DNA from: a virus
IMG/VR virus record: IMGVR_UViG_3300033553_000842
Span: 1 to 64,000 of that record
Reading direction: 5' to 3' (one strand)
Length of the DNA: 64,000 nt
Position numbers and translations under genes: made by a program. The notes beneath the pieces are model-generated. The model was not told where the DNA came from and did no database searches. It worked only from the letters and a program-made list of their open reading frames with translations. Below are positions 1-8,210 of this stretch, piece after piece. Within the stretch, counting starts at the first letter, position 1. Every line of letters starts with the position of its first letter.

Positions 1-1053
1 TTATTCAGTTCTGTGTCCAAACTGTGTTCCGAATACCTCTCGAATCTCTTGGTGATGGGCAGCTGTGTTCAGGTGGGCGTAGCGTTGAACCACATTGAGG
101 GAACTGTGACCGAGCACGTCTTTAAGACGTAGAAGGTCTCCCCCAGCTTGGACCCACCAGGAGGCAAACGTATGCCTAAGGTCATGGAATCTCACATCTT
201 CGAGGTCTGCGCGGATGCGCAGGCCTTTCCAGAAATTGGCAAAGCTTCCATAGGGCTTCCAACCTCTGGTCTTCAGGTCGTGGTAGCAGAAGACGAGATC
301 GTCCGGGGTCTCAAGACACAGCTGTTCAAGCTTGAGACACAGTGACTCACAGAGGGGAACGATGCGCTCCTTAGCGCCCTTCGTAATCTCCATATGTAGT
401 GTCACCTCCCTTTTTTCAAAATTGAACATTCCCTTGCGTAAAGCCAAGAGCTCCCCATGGCGCATCCCGGTGAGGACGGCCGTTTCGAGGATCAATTTTT
501 GGGTGCCGTTCGAGCAGTTATCCAGCAGTCGCTGGTACTCTAAAGGCCGCAGCCACCTGTTCCGAGCCTTCTCTTTCAAGTGTCTCTTGGAGAAGCTAAG
601 GACCGGGTTGTGCTCAGGTGCCTGCGGCATGGTCTCGATCGCGTGGGTGAACACGCTTGAGACAAAGGCCAAGTCTCTCTTCACTGAGGTATCAGACACC
701 GTGCGCCTGCGGGAACGAACCAGTTCCTTGAGCATTTCACGGTCGATCTCCTCCATCGTCAGCTCTCCAAGAAGGGGAGCTACCTGACGGAGTGAGGTCT
801 GATAATTTTGAATAGTCTTGGGACTTAGCTGTCCCGGGCGACTTTTCACCTCGAAGAAGTCCACCACTGCCTCTTGGAAGGTCATAGCACCTACCTGCGA
901 GATCAGTCGTTTCAACTCGGCTTCGGCTTCTGCCTTGAACGGGGTCTTAGCAGATCTCCGAATTTTTGTACCGTCTGGCCCTCGGTATTCGAGCCAGAGA
1001 GCTTTGCTTTCGGGCCGCGTATAGACGCGACCTTGCTGTTGTTGTTCGTACAT
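1..1053 (-). CDS. int: Tyrosine integrase
   Basis: Catalytic motifs TGMRHGE, K, HDLRH, LGH and QRY; N-terminal arm-binding-like segment. ATG at 1053 follows a GAGGA RBS; stop at 1-3. Confidence 0.95.
   Translation of the reverse strand: MYEQQQQGRVYTRPESKALWLEYRGPDGTKIRRSAKTPFKAEAEAELKRLISQVGAMTFQEAVVDFFEVKSRPGQLSPKTIQNYQTSLRQVAPLLGELTMEEIDREMLKELVRSRRRTVSDTSVKRDLAFVSSVFTHAIETMPQAPEHNPVLSFSKRHLKEKARNRWLRPLEYQRLLDNCSNGTQKLILETAVLTGMRHGELLALRKGMFNFEKREVTLHMEITKGAKERIVPLCESLCLKLEQLCLETPDDLVFCYHDLKTRGWKPYGSFANFWKGLRIRADLEDVRFHDLRHTFASWWVQAGGDLLRLKDVLGHSSLNVVQRYAHLNTAAHHQEIREVFGTQFGHRTE
11..30. repeat. Candidate integrase arm-type sites (CTGTGTCC aaa CTGTGTTCC)
   Basis: Short direct repeat at the 3' end of int, where attP arm sites typically lie; the att core would be left of the window. 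Confidence 0.4.
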
Positions 1054-1217
1054 GTTGTCCTCATCTGTTTTCGGACTAGCCAACGTGCGAACTCATGTTC
1101 GCAGTAGCGATATTGACCCCCAATCCTCATTGCTGGCAACCCCTCACTTTCAATGAGTCGGTGTACTGTCTTTGAGGTGACGTTCAGCTTTTCAGCTATA
1201 TCGGTGGTTTTTAACAT
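912..1217 (-). CDS. xis: Excisionase-like HTH protein
   Basis: MLKTTDIAEKLNVTSKTVHRLI...LPAMRIGGQYR fits the HTH_17 excisionase pattern; directly upstream of and overlapping int. Confidence 0.85.
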   Translation of the reverse strand: MLKTTDIAEKLNVTSKTVHRLIESEGLPAMRIGGQYRYCEHEFARWLVRKQMRTTCTNNNSKVASIRGPKAKLSGSNTEGQTVQKFGDLLRPRSRQKPKPS

Positions 1218-1243
1218 TCCTGCGATCCTCTCGGATTAGTTGT

Positions 1244-1459
1244 TTAACTCAACCTGCGATAGGGATAAGCATCTGGTTTTGATTTGACTAGACGGTTAAA
1301 GCTCGATCCTACGGAAGTTGCGTTCACAATTTCGTGATAGGTTGAAACTTTTACGTTGTCGTACTCGTAGAGCGCACCGGTCTTGAACTGGACTTGCATC
1401 GTATCCTTGTCATGCGCCATCGCGTGGATGTTGCTGCTTTCGACTTCTTGAAACTTCAT
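1244..1459 (-). CDS. KTSC domain protein
   Basis: VESSNIHAMAHD...VQFKTGALYEYDNV...A.SVGSSFN matches KTSC; GGAG RBS before the ATG at 1459. Confidence 0.85.
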   Translation of the reverse strand: MKFQEVESSNIHAMAHDKDTMQVQFKTGALYEYDNVKVSTYHEIVNATSVGSSFNRLVKSKPDAYPYRRLS

Positions 1460-1484
1460 GTTGTTCTCCATAATAAGGTTGGGG

Positions 1485-1530
1485 TTGACAGTTGTCGACA
1501 TTGCATGGCAATACATTGCTATGTAATGTC
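1485..1530. promoter_or_regulatory. Divergent promoter/operator: TTGACA plus 34-bp imperfect inverted repeat
   Basis: TTGACA at 1485-1490; GACATTGCATGGCAAT-AC-ATTGCTATGTAATGTC at 1497-1530, between KTSC/xis/int and mucR. Confidence 0.6.
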
Positions 1531-1544
1531 TTAGAGGTGACCAA

Positions 1545-1922
1545 GTGAACCAAGCCACCATTACTTTAGCTGCTGCTTATCTAAGCTGCAACAAAGTTCC
1601 TCTTGGCGAGATCGCCAATGTGTTGAAAATAATTGATGATGCGATCGGGGGTATAGACCTAGAGGTCCCGAGACCTGCCGTCTCTATTGAGGAATCCATA
1701 CAAGATGACTTCCTGGTCTGCTTAGAAGACGGCAAACAGGTCACTCTTCTTAAGAGATACCTGAAACAGGCCTTCGGCATGACCCCAGAGGACTACCGCG
1801 AAAAGTGGAATCTGCCCGAAGATTATCCCATGGTGCCTAAGAAATACTCCGAGAAGCGATCAGGAATCGCGAAGGAGCACGGACTTGGCAAGGTCAATCA
1901 GGATGGGGTCGATCATCTTTGA
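1545..1922 (+). CDS. mucR: Ros/MucR family transcriptional regulator
   Basis: AAYLS.N, PAVSIEESIQDDFLVCLEDGK, LKRYL and MTPEDYREKWNLPEDYPMV...YSEKRS.IAK..GLG are Ros/MucR hallmarks; GTG start after GAGG. Confidence 0.92.
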   Translation: MNQATITLAAAYLSCNKVPLGEIANVLKIIDDAIGGIDLEVPRPAVSIEESIQDDFLVCLEDGKQVTLLKRYLKQAFGMTPEDYREKWNLPEDYPMVPKKYSEKRSGIAKEHGLGKVNQDGVDHL

Positions 1923-2084
1923 CCCCATTTTGACGCCTGTTATAAAGGCGTCTCGGGCCTCAGGGGTTGGGAGATCAATCTCCCGGCAGAACCCTAAATC
2001 CATGAGACGGGCGGGGTTTCTTTCCCCCGCCATAAACGCCTCCTTGGCTTTTTCACCCGACAGTATCAGCAATTTGTTTGTCAT
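1860..2084 (-). CDS. Hypothetical protein
   Basis: ORF with GAGG RBS, coupled to the upstream gene; overlaps the mucR 3' end convergently. Confidence 0.55.
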   Translation of the reverse strand: MTNKLLILSGEKAKEAFMAGERNPARLMDLGFCREIDLPTPEARDAFITGVKMGSKMIDPILIDLAKSVLLRDS

Positions 2085-2805
2085 GTTTCCTCTCCAAGCG
2101 GGATCTTAAACGAACCCCCGCGGTGCCATGTCCTACGATGGCCACCGACTTAGCTTTTGTCGAGGATCCTGCGCAGAGCCGGCAATTAGCACACGTTGTG
2201 CGGTTACCTGCTTCTTTTGAAGCAGGGCAAATAACCTCGTTGTGATGAATCTGATCCAGATCCGAAATCACTCGGAAGGTTCGCTCTCCGTGGTCCCATG
2301 CCTTCTCTGCCTCTGCCAGGGTCTCGACCGAAGTCATAAATCGGTCGGGCTGACTATTTTTCTGGTGGGTGTAGGCAGTGTGACCTTTGGCCTCTTTGCA
2401 CAACTCATCCCAGATTTTTTGAGGGACAGCAAGGCCATCCCCGTAGGTTCCGATGCGCACCATCCGGTCCCGGCCGATCGAAGCCAGGTCTTCTGACTTC
2501 GGGTAACGGCCCCGGTAGTAGGTTCGGTATTTGTTGAGAGGCGCTTGGAAGAGAACGACGTAGCAGTCTCTGTCCCGGGCCTGTCCTGTGTTTCCGTTGT
2601 GGGCTGTTCCCTTGAGTGGGCAGCTCCCACAGATGCTTTCATCCCCGCCGGTGCGGCTGGCCTCGAGCGGATCGATGTCCGATCGAAGAATGAAAGTCTG
2701 AACCATATCTCCTGTTTTCACGTTTCGTGTTCCAATTTGGGCGAGTACGACAATAGGCATGCCGTCGAGGAGGCTGGGCCCCTCGTAAATAGTAAACGTC
2801 TTCAT
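2053..2805 (-). CDS. Conserved Cys-rich phage protein (GP88-like, possible Fe-S binding)
   Basis: N.KTGDMVQT, CGSC..., CYV, RIG.YGD, YTH, CPA and CANCRLC motifs; RBS module at 2810-2819. Confidence 0.65.
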   Translation of the reverse strand: MKTFTIYEGPSLLDGMPIVVLAQIGTRNVKTGDMVQTFILRSDIDPLEASRTGGDESICGSCPLKGTAHNGNTGQARDRDCYVVLFQAPLNKYRTYYRGRYPKSEDLASIGRDRMVRIGTYGDGLAVPQKIWDELCKEAKGHTAYTHQKNSQPDRFMTSVETLAEAEKAWDHGERTFRVISDLDQIHHNEVICPASKEAGNRTTCANCRLCAGSSTKAKSVAIVGHGTAGVRLRSRLERKHDKQIADTVG

Positions 2806-2828
2806 GAGATCCTCTCGGATTTGGGCAT

Positions 2829-2854
2829 AAAAAAGGCCCCGCTGAGGGGGCCTT
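2829..2854 (-). terminator. Rho-independent terminator
   Basis: Minus strand AAGGCCCC-CTCAGC-GGGGCCTT followed by a T-tract. Confidence 0.8.
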
Positions 2855-2860
2855 CCGGTT

Positions 2861-3013
2861 CTAGTTTTCTTCTATAATCGTGGTTTCGGCCTCGCAGTCA
2901 CAGCACCAGTCGTTGGGAAAGGTCTCGGCCAGGACCCATTCCTCGATCCCTGGATCCCACTGGGCCCAGGCATCCCGACGCACGTCGGTGCTGTCACAGA
3001 ATTTACATTTCAA
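2861..3013 (-). CDS. Small zinc-ribbon protein
   Basis: CKFC...WCCDC; TTG start after an AAGGAG RBS. Confidence 0.6.
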   Translation of the reverse strand: MKCKFCDSTDVRRDAWAQWDPGIEEWVLAETFPNDWCCDCEAETTIIEEN

Positions 3014-3033
3014 TGATGATCTCCTTTCTACGC

Positions 3034-3098
3034 TCGTTAACATTTTTCAGGATTAGTCCCAAAGGAGGTCTAATATACAGGATCGTTAACATTTTTCA
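3034..3098. repeat. 16-bp direct repeat TCGTTAACATTTTTCA x2
   Basis: Exact copies at 3034-3049 and 3083-3098. Confidence 0.8.
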
Positions 3099-3452
3099 CG
3101 GTCCTCCCTGTACGCCGAACGCCTGCATGATCTGTGCGGCGTGGTGGCGGTTGGCTGCGGCCTTGGCGTCTTCTTCTGTCCACAACTCGTCTGACGTTAA
3201 TTCATCTTGCCTGTAATACAGAATTATACCTTCATCCGGTAATCTATCAGATGTGTCGAAATTATATGTGAAGTCTCCTACGCAATCCTCGACATACCGG
3301 ACCCCAGCCACAGTTTGCCAAACCAGCGGCTGCACCATCTCCGGCATGGCGGCAATGATGGCGTCGGCGATTTCTTCAAAACTAACGGGCTTGTCAGACC
3401 TGTAAGTTTGCTGGGCAATAATCTGCGCGATTTTATCTCGTAGGTCAGTCAT
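3096..3452 (-). CDS. Hypothetical protein
   Basis: ORF with an ATGA-coupled start; phage-like DLRDKIAQII...ADAIIAAMP and AKAAANRHH segments. Confidence 0.6.
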   Translation of the reverse strand: MTDLRDKIAQIIAQQTYRSDKPVSFEEIADAIIAAMPEMVQPLVWQTVAGVRYVEDCVGDFTYNFDTSDRLPDEGIILYYRQDELTSDELWTEEDAKAAANRHHAAQIMQAFGVQGGP

Positions 3453-3655
3453 GCTATTTCCCCGCAGGTGTCACAGAAGGTTTCATCCTCGTCGTTTGCA
3501 AGCCATATCTGGCCCTTGCACGGCCTGGGGTTTGGGTTGTCATCTTCGGGTTCCTCACAGCGGCCACATGTGTCGCCGTCCTCTGTGCCTATACCGTCGG
3601 GCTGGTCGTAGTAGGCATCCGCCGCCTTGGCGTTGCCATCTAGTGGGTGAGTCAT
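3449..3655 (-). CDS. Small Cys-rich protein
   Basis: CGRC...C...CDTC; coupled to both neighbours. Confidence 0.55.
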   Translation of the reverse strand: MTHPLDGNAKAADAYYDQPDGIGTEDGDTCGRCEEPEDDNPNPRPCKGQIWLANDEDETFCDTCGEIA

Positions 3656-4134
3656 TAGAAAGTTCCTTCATCACCGCAGGACCACGGAATATCCGGCCCG
3701 TCAGTTGGTTTGTTTTCAGTGGGTTCCTTGTCGATTAGGGCGCGGATTGCTGCCTCAACCGCTTCTTGTACTTTTTGGTAACCGTGTGACGTGACCGGCC
3801 ACTTTTTCTTATACCAGCCGTCATAGACGATCACAGCGATAGGCTCCTTTGAAGCTTTTATCGCCTCACGCAGCGCGGCCTTCGTTGACAAAGGAGCTTG
3901 GAAAAGACGGCCTTGTCGGTATGCGTGGTGGACCTTGGCGTCTACCAGTCCCTCAAGTTCCGCGATGCGGGCTTCGGCTTGATCGCGGGCTATGCCCATC
4001 TGCACTAGATCATTCATAGTGTCGGTGTGTTGGACGTCCCATTTCTGCGCCTCAAGTTCAGCGATGCGGTCAGTCAATAACTTGCGTTCCGCAGCGTCGT
4101 CGTGGCGCTCGTATTCTTTACGGTTGTCCGTCAT
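3655..4134 (-). CDS. Hypothetical coiled-coil protein
   Basis: Repeated RIAELE heptads; coupled ORF. Confidence 0.6.
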   Translation of the reverse strand: MTDNRKEYERHDDAAERKLLTDRIAELEAQKWDVQHTDTMNDLVQMGIARDQAEARIAELEGLVDAKVHHAYRQGRLFQAPLSTKAALREAIKASKEPIAVIVYDGWYKKKWPVTSHGYQKVQEAVEAAIRALIDKEPTENKPTDGPDIPWSCGDEGTF

Positions 4135-4468
4135 GGCTCAAATCCTCTGCTGTGCTGGAGTTCAAAGATATGCGGGGCGGTTTGCGCAGCTTACCCCCAG
4201 TTTCCACCTCGAAGGCTTCAAACTGTTCCGGCCTGATCCGCACAGATGCCGACACTTGGCTGCGTGGGTAGCGGTAGTCGAACGGGTGGATTTGGCCGAT
4301 CTCCACATTGTGCGTGAGGCAGTACATCACGAACCGGGACATGCTGGCTTTTGACAGGCTGAGACCTTCTTCGCAGTGCATCCACACACGGCCATGTGGG
4401 TCTGGCTTCTGAGCGTTCTGCATGTAGCAAGCGCAAGCACCTTCCGGCCATTTGCATGGTGTGTTCAT
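4118..4468 (-). CDS. Hypothetical protein
   Basis: AAGGAG RBS; ATGA overlap with the upstream gene. Confidence 0.55.
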   Translation of the reverse strand: MNTPCKWPEGACACYMQNAQKPDPHGRVWMHCEEGLSLSKASMSRFVMYCLTHNVEIGQIHPFDYRYPRSQVSASVRIRPEQFEAFEVETGGKLRKPPRISLNSSTAEDLSHDGQP

Positions 4469-4827
4469 GCCGCTCTCCTTTCATCTTGACGGGCCAGTGA
4501 GGCCAGTCTGTTTCTGATTGAGCTGTGTGCTCGATTAAGCCTGCGGGCCATTTCGTTGCGGGGAACCCCCTGCATGTCCCACTTTTGGATTTGGGAATCC
4601 TCCTCGGCGCTGAATGTCTTAATTCTCTGGCCGTTTCGGAAATAATCGGTGGGGCCGGTGTATTCTGTCTGAGGATTGGGGACGTCCACCCCGTTTATCC
4701 GACAGTAACGCTCCACCGATTTCTCATGGACCCCGGTTCTGAGCCTGATCTGTCCGTAGCTGAGGCCCCGTTCTCTGAGGTCCAGCGACTTGTCGATCTG
4801 CTCTTGGGTATACTTTTTAGCTGGCAT
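4465..4827 (-). CDS. Tandem HTH DNA-binding protein
   Basis: Two HTH-like units (YTQEQID...GLSYGQI and FSAEED...RNEMARRLNRAHSSIRNRL); GAGG RBS. Confidence 0.65.
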   Translation of the reverse strand: MPAKKYTQEQIDKSLDLRERGLSYGQIRLRTGVHEKSVERYCRINGVDVPNPQTEYTGPTDYFRNGQRIKTFSAEEDSQIQKWDMQGVPRNEMARRLNRAHSSIRNRLASLARQDERRAA

Positions 4828-5050
4828 CGGGCACCTCATGCTCCACGATCGTGCAGCTGTCCATGAAACCCAGCTCTTCGCAGAGAGCATCGAAGATATC
4901 GTCCAGCGATTGGTCGAAATCGATGTGGGTGTATTCATCAGCGTAGCCCTCGAGCCAGTCTTTCTTCAGGGCATCCGCTTCCTGTTGGGATGTTACCACC
5001 TGGGTGTCGACCCCATGGTCGTCATTAAAAGTTACGGTCCAGATTTTCAT
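4817..5050 (-). CDS. Acidic hypothetical protein
   Basis: AAGGAG RBS, coupled ORF, D/E-rich. Confidence 0.6.
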   Translation of the reverse strand: MKIWTVTFNDDHGVDTQVVTSQQEADALKKDWLEGYADEYTHIDFDQSLDDIFDALCEELGFMDSCTIVEHEVPDAS

Positions 5051-5349
5051 GTCTTGATCTCCTTGAACTCGAGGGTAATGACGTCGAAGCAGTCTCCTGC
5101 CCTATTCAGAACCTCGTCATATATCTCATGCCAGGTGGGGGGTTGCGGGGGCCAGTCGTCTTCGTGAAACTCTTCCCAAAGGTTTTGGGCCACGGTCAGT
5201 GCCCGTTCTTTTGCATCGTCTTCATGCAAAAAGAGCCCTGTCCAAGGACCCGCCCCATCCATATGGGAGGTGACCAGCCAGACCCCGCTCAGGATAGATT
5301 TCTGGCCCTCTTCGAAGGCGCTGTCGGCGTTTTCATCCCATAAGGTCAT
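5047..5349 (-). CDS. Acidic hypothetical protein
   Basis: AGGAG RBS, ATGA overlap. Confidence 0.6.
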   Translation of the reverse strand: MTLWDENADSAFEEGQKSILSGVWLVTSHMDGAGPWTGLFLHEDDAKERALTVAQNLWEEFHEDDWPPQPPTWHEIYDEVLNRAGDCFDVITLEFKEIKT

Positions 5350-5603
5350 GGATACGTCTCCTGAATGTGTTGCTCGGCCCGGGCGATTGCCGCGTGGCCG
5401 AAAGCTTGGATTGCTGAATGAGGATCGAGCCCGAGGATGCTCCTCAGATTGGCCGTGACCTCGCGCTCGGTGCCCCGGGAGCCGCCGTGTGAGAACGGCT
5501 CGGCCGGGTAGACGTCGACGTCGACGTCAAAAATGGCCGGCACCTCTTCCAGATACCCGAAGGGGGTATCCAGATCGATTTTGGTTTCAAAAATGTCTCT
5601 CAT
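5346..5603 (-). CDS. Acidic hypothetical protein
   Basis: ATGA overlaps at both ends. Confidence 0.6.
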   Translation of the reverse strand: MRDIFETKIDLDTPFGYLEEVPAIFDVDVDVYPAEPFSHGGSRGTEREVTANLRSILGLDPHSAIQAFGHAAIARAEQHIQETYP

Positions 5604-5872
5604 TCCCAGCCCTCATCGTCATAGCCTTCGAGAATTTCAGGCATCGGATCCCCATCTACGAGGGAGGAAAATGGAACACATAGACCCCCAAAGGCTACGC
5701 CCTCCATTGAGGCTATTCCGAAATGGAACGAGGCCCCCCCGAGTCCGTAAATGTAAGACGCCATCCGGTTTGCGGTGTCGTTGAGCATTTGCTCATAGAA
5801 CTCAGCGGTGCTGGGTTCACCATGGATCTGGATGATCTCGAGCATCTCATCGAGTTTCAGTTGAACGCTCAT
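5600..5872 (-). CDS. Acidic hypothetical protein
   Basis: ATGA-coupled ORF with a GGAGG-like RBS. Confidence 0.6.
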   Translation of the reverse strand: MSVQLKLDEMLEIIQIHGEPSTAEFYEQMLNDTANRMASYIYGLGGASFHFGIASMEGVAFGGLCVPFSSLVDGDPMPEILEGYDDEGWE

Positions 5873-6120
5873 GCTCCCGCCTCCCAACCATCACAGCTGG
5901 TGTAAGCCGCGAGAATGGTATCTGTGCCAGGGTTGGAGATGACGACGGTCTCGACGCTATCGAAGTCGTCGGTTCCATCGTGTTCCCAATCACAACCCTC
6001 GGGGGCGTCGAACCCATGGCGGCTGTTCATAGCCATTGCGGCGTCAAGGCTCTCGGCCTCGACGGTTGTTTTGTAGTAAACGCGGGCATCGCGTCCTACC
6101 TGAATTTCAAACTTTGGCAT
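5869..6120 (-). CDS. Acidic hypothetical protein
   Basis: RBS module TCCGAGGAGGATAACATG. Confidence 0.65.
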   Translation of the reverse strand: MPKFEIQVGRDARVYYKTTVEAESLDAAMAMNSRHGFDAPEGCDWEHDGTDDFDSVETVVISNPGTDTILAAYTSCDGWEAGA

Positions 6121-6121
6121 G

Positions 6122-6658
6122 TTATCCTCCTCGGATATGGGTGGTGGCTTCCTCCAGCAGCTCTGCTGGGATGTCGATCAGGAGCGCATGCTCCGGGTCG
6201 ATGGTTTGGTTGGTCTCGAGATAGATTTCGAGAAGCTCGAGGGCCTCTCCGAGGGTCCAGTCCTCAGATATTTGGGGTGCTTCCTCCTCCTGATCCTGCT
6301 GGGGGGGCTTAGACGCAACCCAGTGGTTGGGATTGATGCACAGACCCTCACCACAGATGCTGCGTAGTCTAACGCCGTCCAGATCCACCCCCGTGGTCAT
6401 GGTGAACACCAGTCGGTTCACGTAGTGGTTCTTCTTCTTATACTGGATCAGGGGGGCAGCTTTGTGGACCGCTGGTTCGTAGCCGGGGCGACCCTCAGAA
6501 TCCCGGATCAGTCTTGGAAATATACCCTCACGGGTTTTCTTGCCCGTCCAGATCATACATTCCAAATTCTCCGGGATCTGTCCGTAGAGGAGGCACTCCT
6601 CTAGGACAGGGGCCCCGGCCTTAAGGGCGATTCTCGCGGCCAGGGTTTCCAGCTTCAT
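6122..6658 (-). CDS. HNH-like zinc-binding-loop protein, probably inactive
   Basis: CMIWTG...NRL...G...LRSICGEGLCINPNHW resembles the phage HNH pattern but lacks the expected His residues. Confidence 0.6.
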   Translation of the reverse strand: MKLETLAARIALKAGAPVLEECLLYGQIPENLECMIWTGKKTREGIFPRLIRDSEGRPGYEPAVHKAAPLIQYKKKNHYVNRLVFTMTTGVDLDGVRLRSICGEGLCINPNHWVASKPPQQDQEEEAPQISEDWTLGEALELLEIYLETNQTIDPEHALLIDIPAELLEEATTHIRGG

Positions 6659-7017
6659 CGGAGTAGCTCCCTCAGGTCGCTGACAGGGAAGCCGGGGTAG
6701 CGCCATTCCAGGATCTGGAGTTGTTGCTCAGCCTCGACTTCGGTTAGGTTTTCAAATTCAAGGATCGGGTCGCCCCCATCGGGGCGCACCAGAATGTCAT
6801 AATAGACGACCTCATCGTGGATATCCGCGAGGGAATCGTTGCTGTTCATTGGGAACACCTCGATCACCATTTCCTTGCCGAAGGTGTCCGCAAGGATGGC
6901 CATGTTGCGCAGATGGTCCCGGGCCTCACGTCGACCCGCCGCGGTGGCCCCGTTACAGGCTACCTCCAACAGGGTTGGAAAAGCTCCCTCCCAGTCTGTT
7001 TTCAGATCAATCTGCAT
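6655..7017 (-). CDS. Acidic hypothetical protein
   Basis: GAGGAGG RBS, coupled ORF. Confidence 0.6.
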   Translation of the reverse strand: MQIDLKTDWEGAFPTLLEVACNGATAAGRREARDHLRNMAILADTFGKEMVIEVFPMNSNDSLADIHDEVVYYDILVRPDGGDPILEFENLTEVEAEQQLQILEWRYPGFPVSDLRELLR

Positions 7018-7186
7018 TGATTTCCTCCTCACAGGCCAGGATCATGGCGTCATAAGCATCGGAGATCTGATCTCGGAGTTCCCGGCCAAAGGCCTTGGAA
7101 TTTGCATCCATTGCCAGGGTCTCGTCGATAATTTCCCAAGCCCAGCGAGGGGCTACACGAACTACGATTTCATCTTCATGTGGCAT
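7007..7186 (-). CDS. Hypothetical 59-aa protein (not in the ORF track)
   Basis: Translated by hand as MPHEDEIVVRVAPRWAWEII...EEEINAD; fills the gap and overlaps both neighbours. Confidence 0.55.
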   Translation of the reverse strand: MPHEDEIVVRVAPRWAWEIIDETLAMDANSKAFGRELRDQISDAYDAMILACEEEINAD

Positions 7187-7634
7187 TTCTCAAAGCCTCC
7201 TCTAAACGGGGTAAGACGCCGGCCCACTTTTTTGAAAGTGCCTGAGCTTGAAACTGATTCATACCTAGCCAGCGCTTGGGGTTGGTGTTGTCGTACTGGT
7301 CATGGATCTTCACGACCAGCGCGATGCGGTTTCCAGATTGGCAGAGCCGGTCGATATACTCTGGATAGGTATGGGTCTTCTTGTCGTGGGTGAGCAGACG
7401 GACGGCCTCGATCACCTCAGGGGAATAGCCCCAGGCTTCGAGATCCTCGAACGTGACTGGGGTGTCTTCGACCAGGTCGTGGAGCAGGGCGGTAGTGATG
7501 TAGGAATATTCCGAGGGGACGGAACAGGCTACGCGCTTCATATGCTCTGACATTGGAACACCCTGACTGTCGTTGATACCCTCGAATTTGGTCACAACCA
7601 GGTCGAGGGTTTCTTCAAGTGAGGGTCGGCTCAT
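7176..7634 (-). CDS. HD-domain small alarmone hydrolase-like protein (RelA/SpoT HD_4)
   Basis: H..RVA, ALLHDLVEDT, AV.LLT, VKIHD..DN motifs. Confidence 0.85.
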   Translation of the reverse strand: MSRPSLEETLDLVVTKFEGINDSQGVPMSEHMKRVACSVPSEYSYITTALLHDLVEDTPVTFEDLEAWGYSPEVIEAVRLLTHDKKTHTYPEYIDRLCQSGNRIALVVKIHDQYDNTNPKRWLGMNQFQAQALSKKWAGVLPRLEEALRNAT

Positions 7635-7936
7635 TACTTTTCTCCTTTCAGAGAGTGAAAATGTTCGTCGACCCGTATGAGAAATACCTGCATGGCGATG
7701 CTCAGGTCTGGCAGGGGGGTCTCCTCCGCGATCCGCTTGATGGTCATGTCGGCTCGTTCGTTCGGAGTTTTTGTGACCGGAGCTTGAGGGACTTCGACAG
7801 CATCGAAGATCGGGGCCATCACTGTGTGAATGTCCTCTGGCGGGGCTTTGTTGGACTCTGCCGACTTGTCGAGCAGCGCTAGGATTTCAATAATCTTGGC
7901 AACCCGTTTGTGGTTGGTGTCATTATTGAAGCTCAT
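7634..7936 (-). CDS. Hypothetical protein
   Basis: GAGGAG RBS, coupled ORF. Confidence 0.6.
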   Translation of the reverse strand: MSFNNDTNHKRVAKIIEILALLDKSAESNKAPPEDIHTVMAPIFDAVEVPQAPVTKTPNERADMTIKRIAEETPLPDLSIAMQVFLIRVDEHFHSLKGEK

Positions 7937-8210
7937 GGAAAATCTCCTCGCACAGGGTGTTGTCAGAGCAGTCGTGGATCAAATCCTCGTCGTTTCCGTG
8001 GATCAGGATGAAGGTGCCGACGTGGTGCTTGATGTCATTCTTCAACCTGAAGGTGGTCACCTCCGAATGACCGGTCTTTTCAAGGACCTTTTGGGGGTCT
8101 TTGGAATTGAGCAGCACGTACTCTTCCTCGTCGTGGACCGAGATCGTGAGATCTCGGTCCAGGATTGCTTTGACGAGCTTGCGGACGATTTCGGTTTCGA
8201 TGGGGTTCAT
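7923..8210 (-). CDS. Hypothetical protein
   Basis: ISV.D.EE...LIHGN.EDLIHD.SDN pattern seen in phage early proteins. Confidence 0.6.
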   Translation of the reverse strand: MNPIETEIVRKLVKAILDRDLTISVHDEEEYVLLNSKDPQKVLEKTGHSEVTTFRLKNDIKHHVGTFILIHGNDEDLIHDCSDNTLCEEIFHELQ

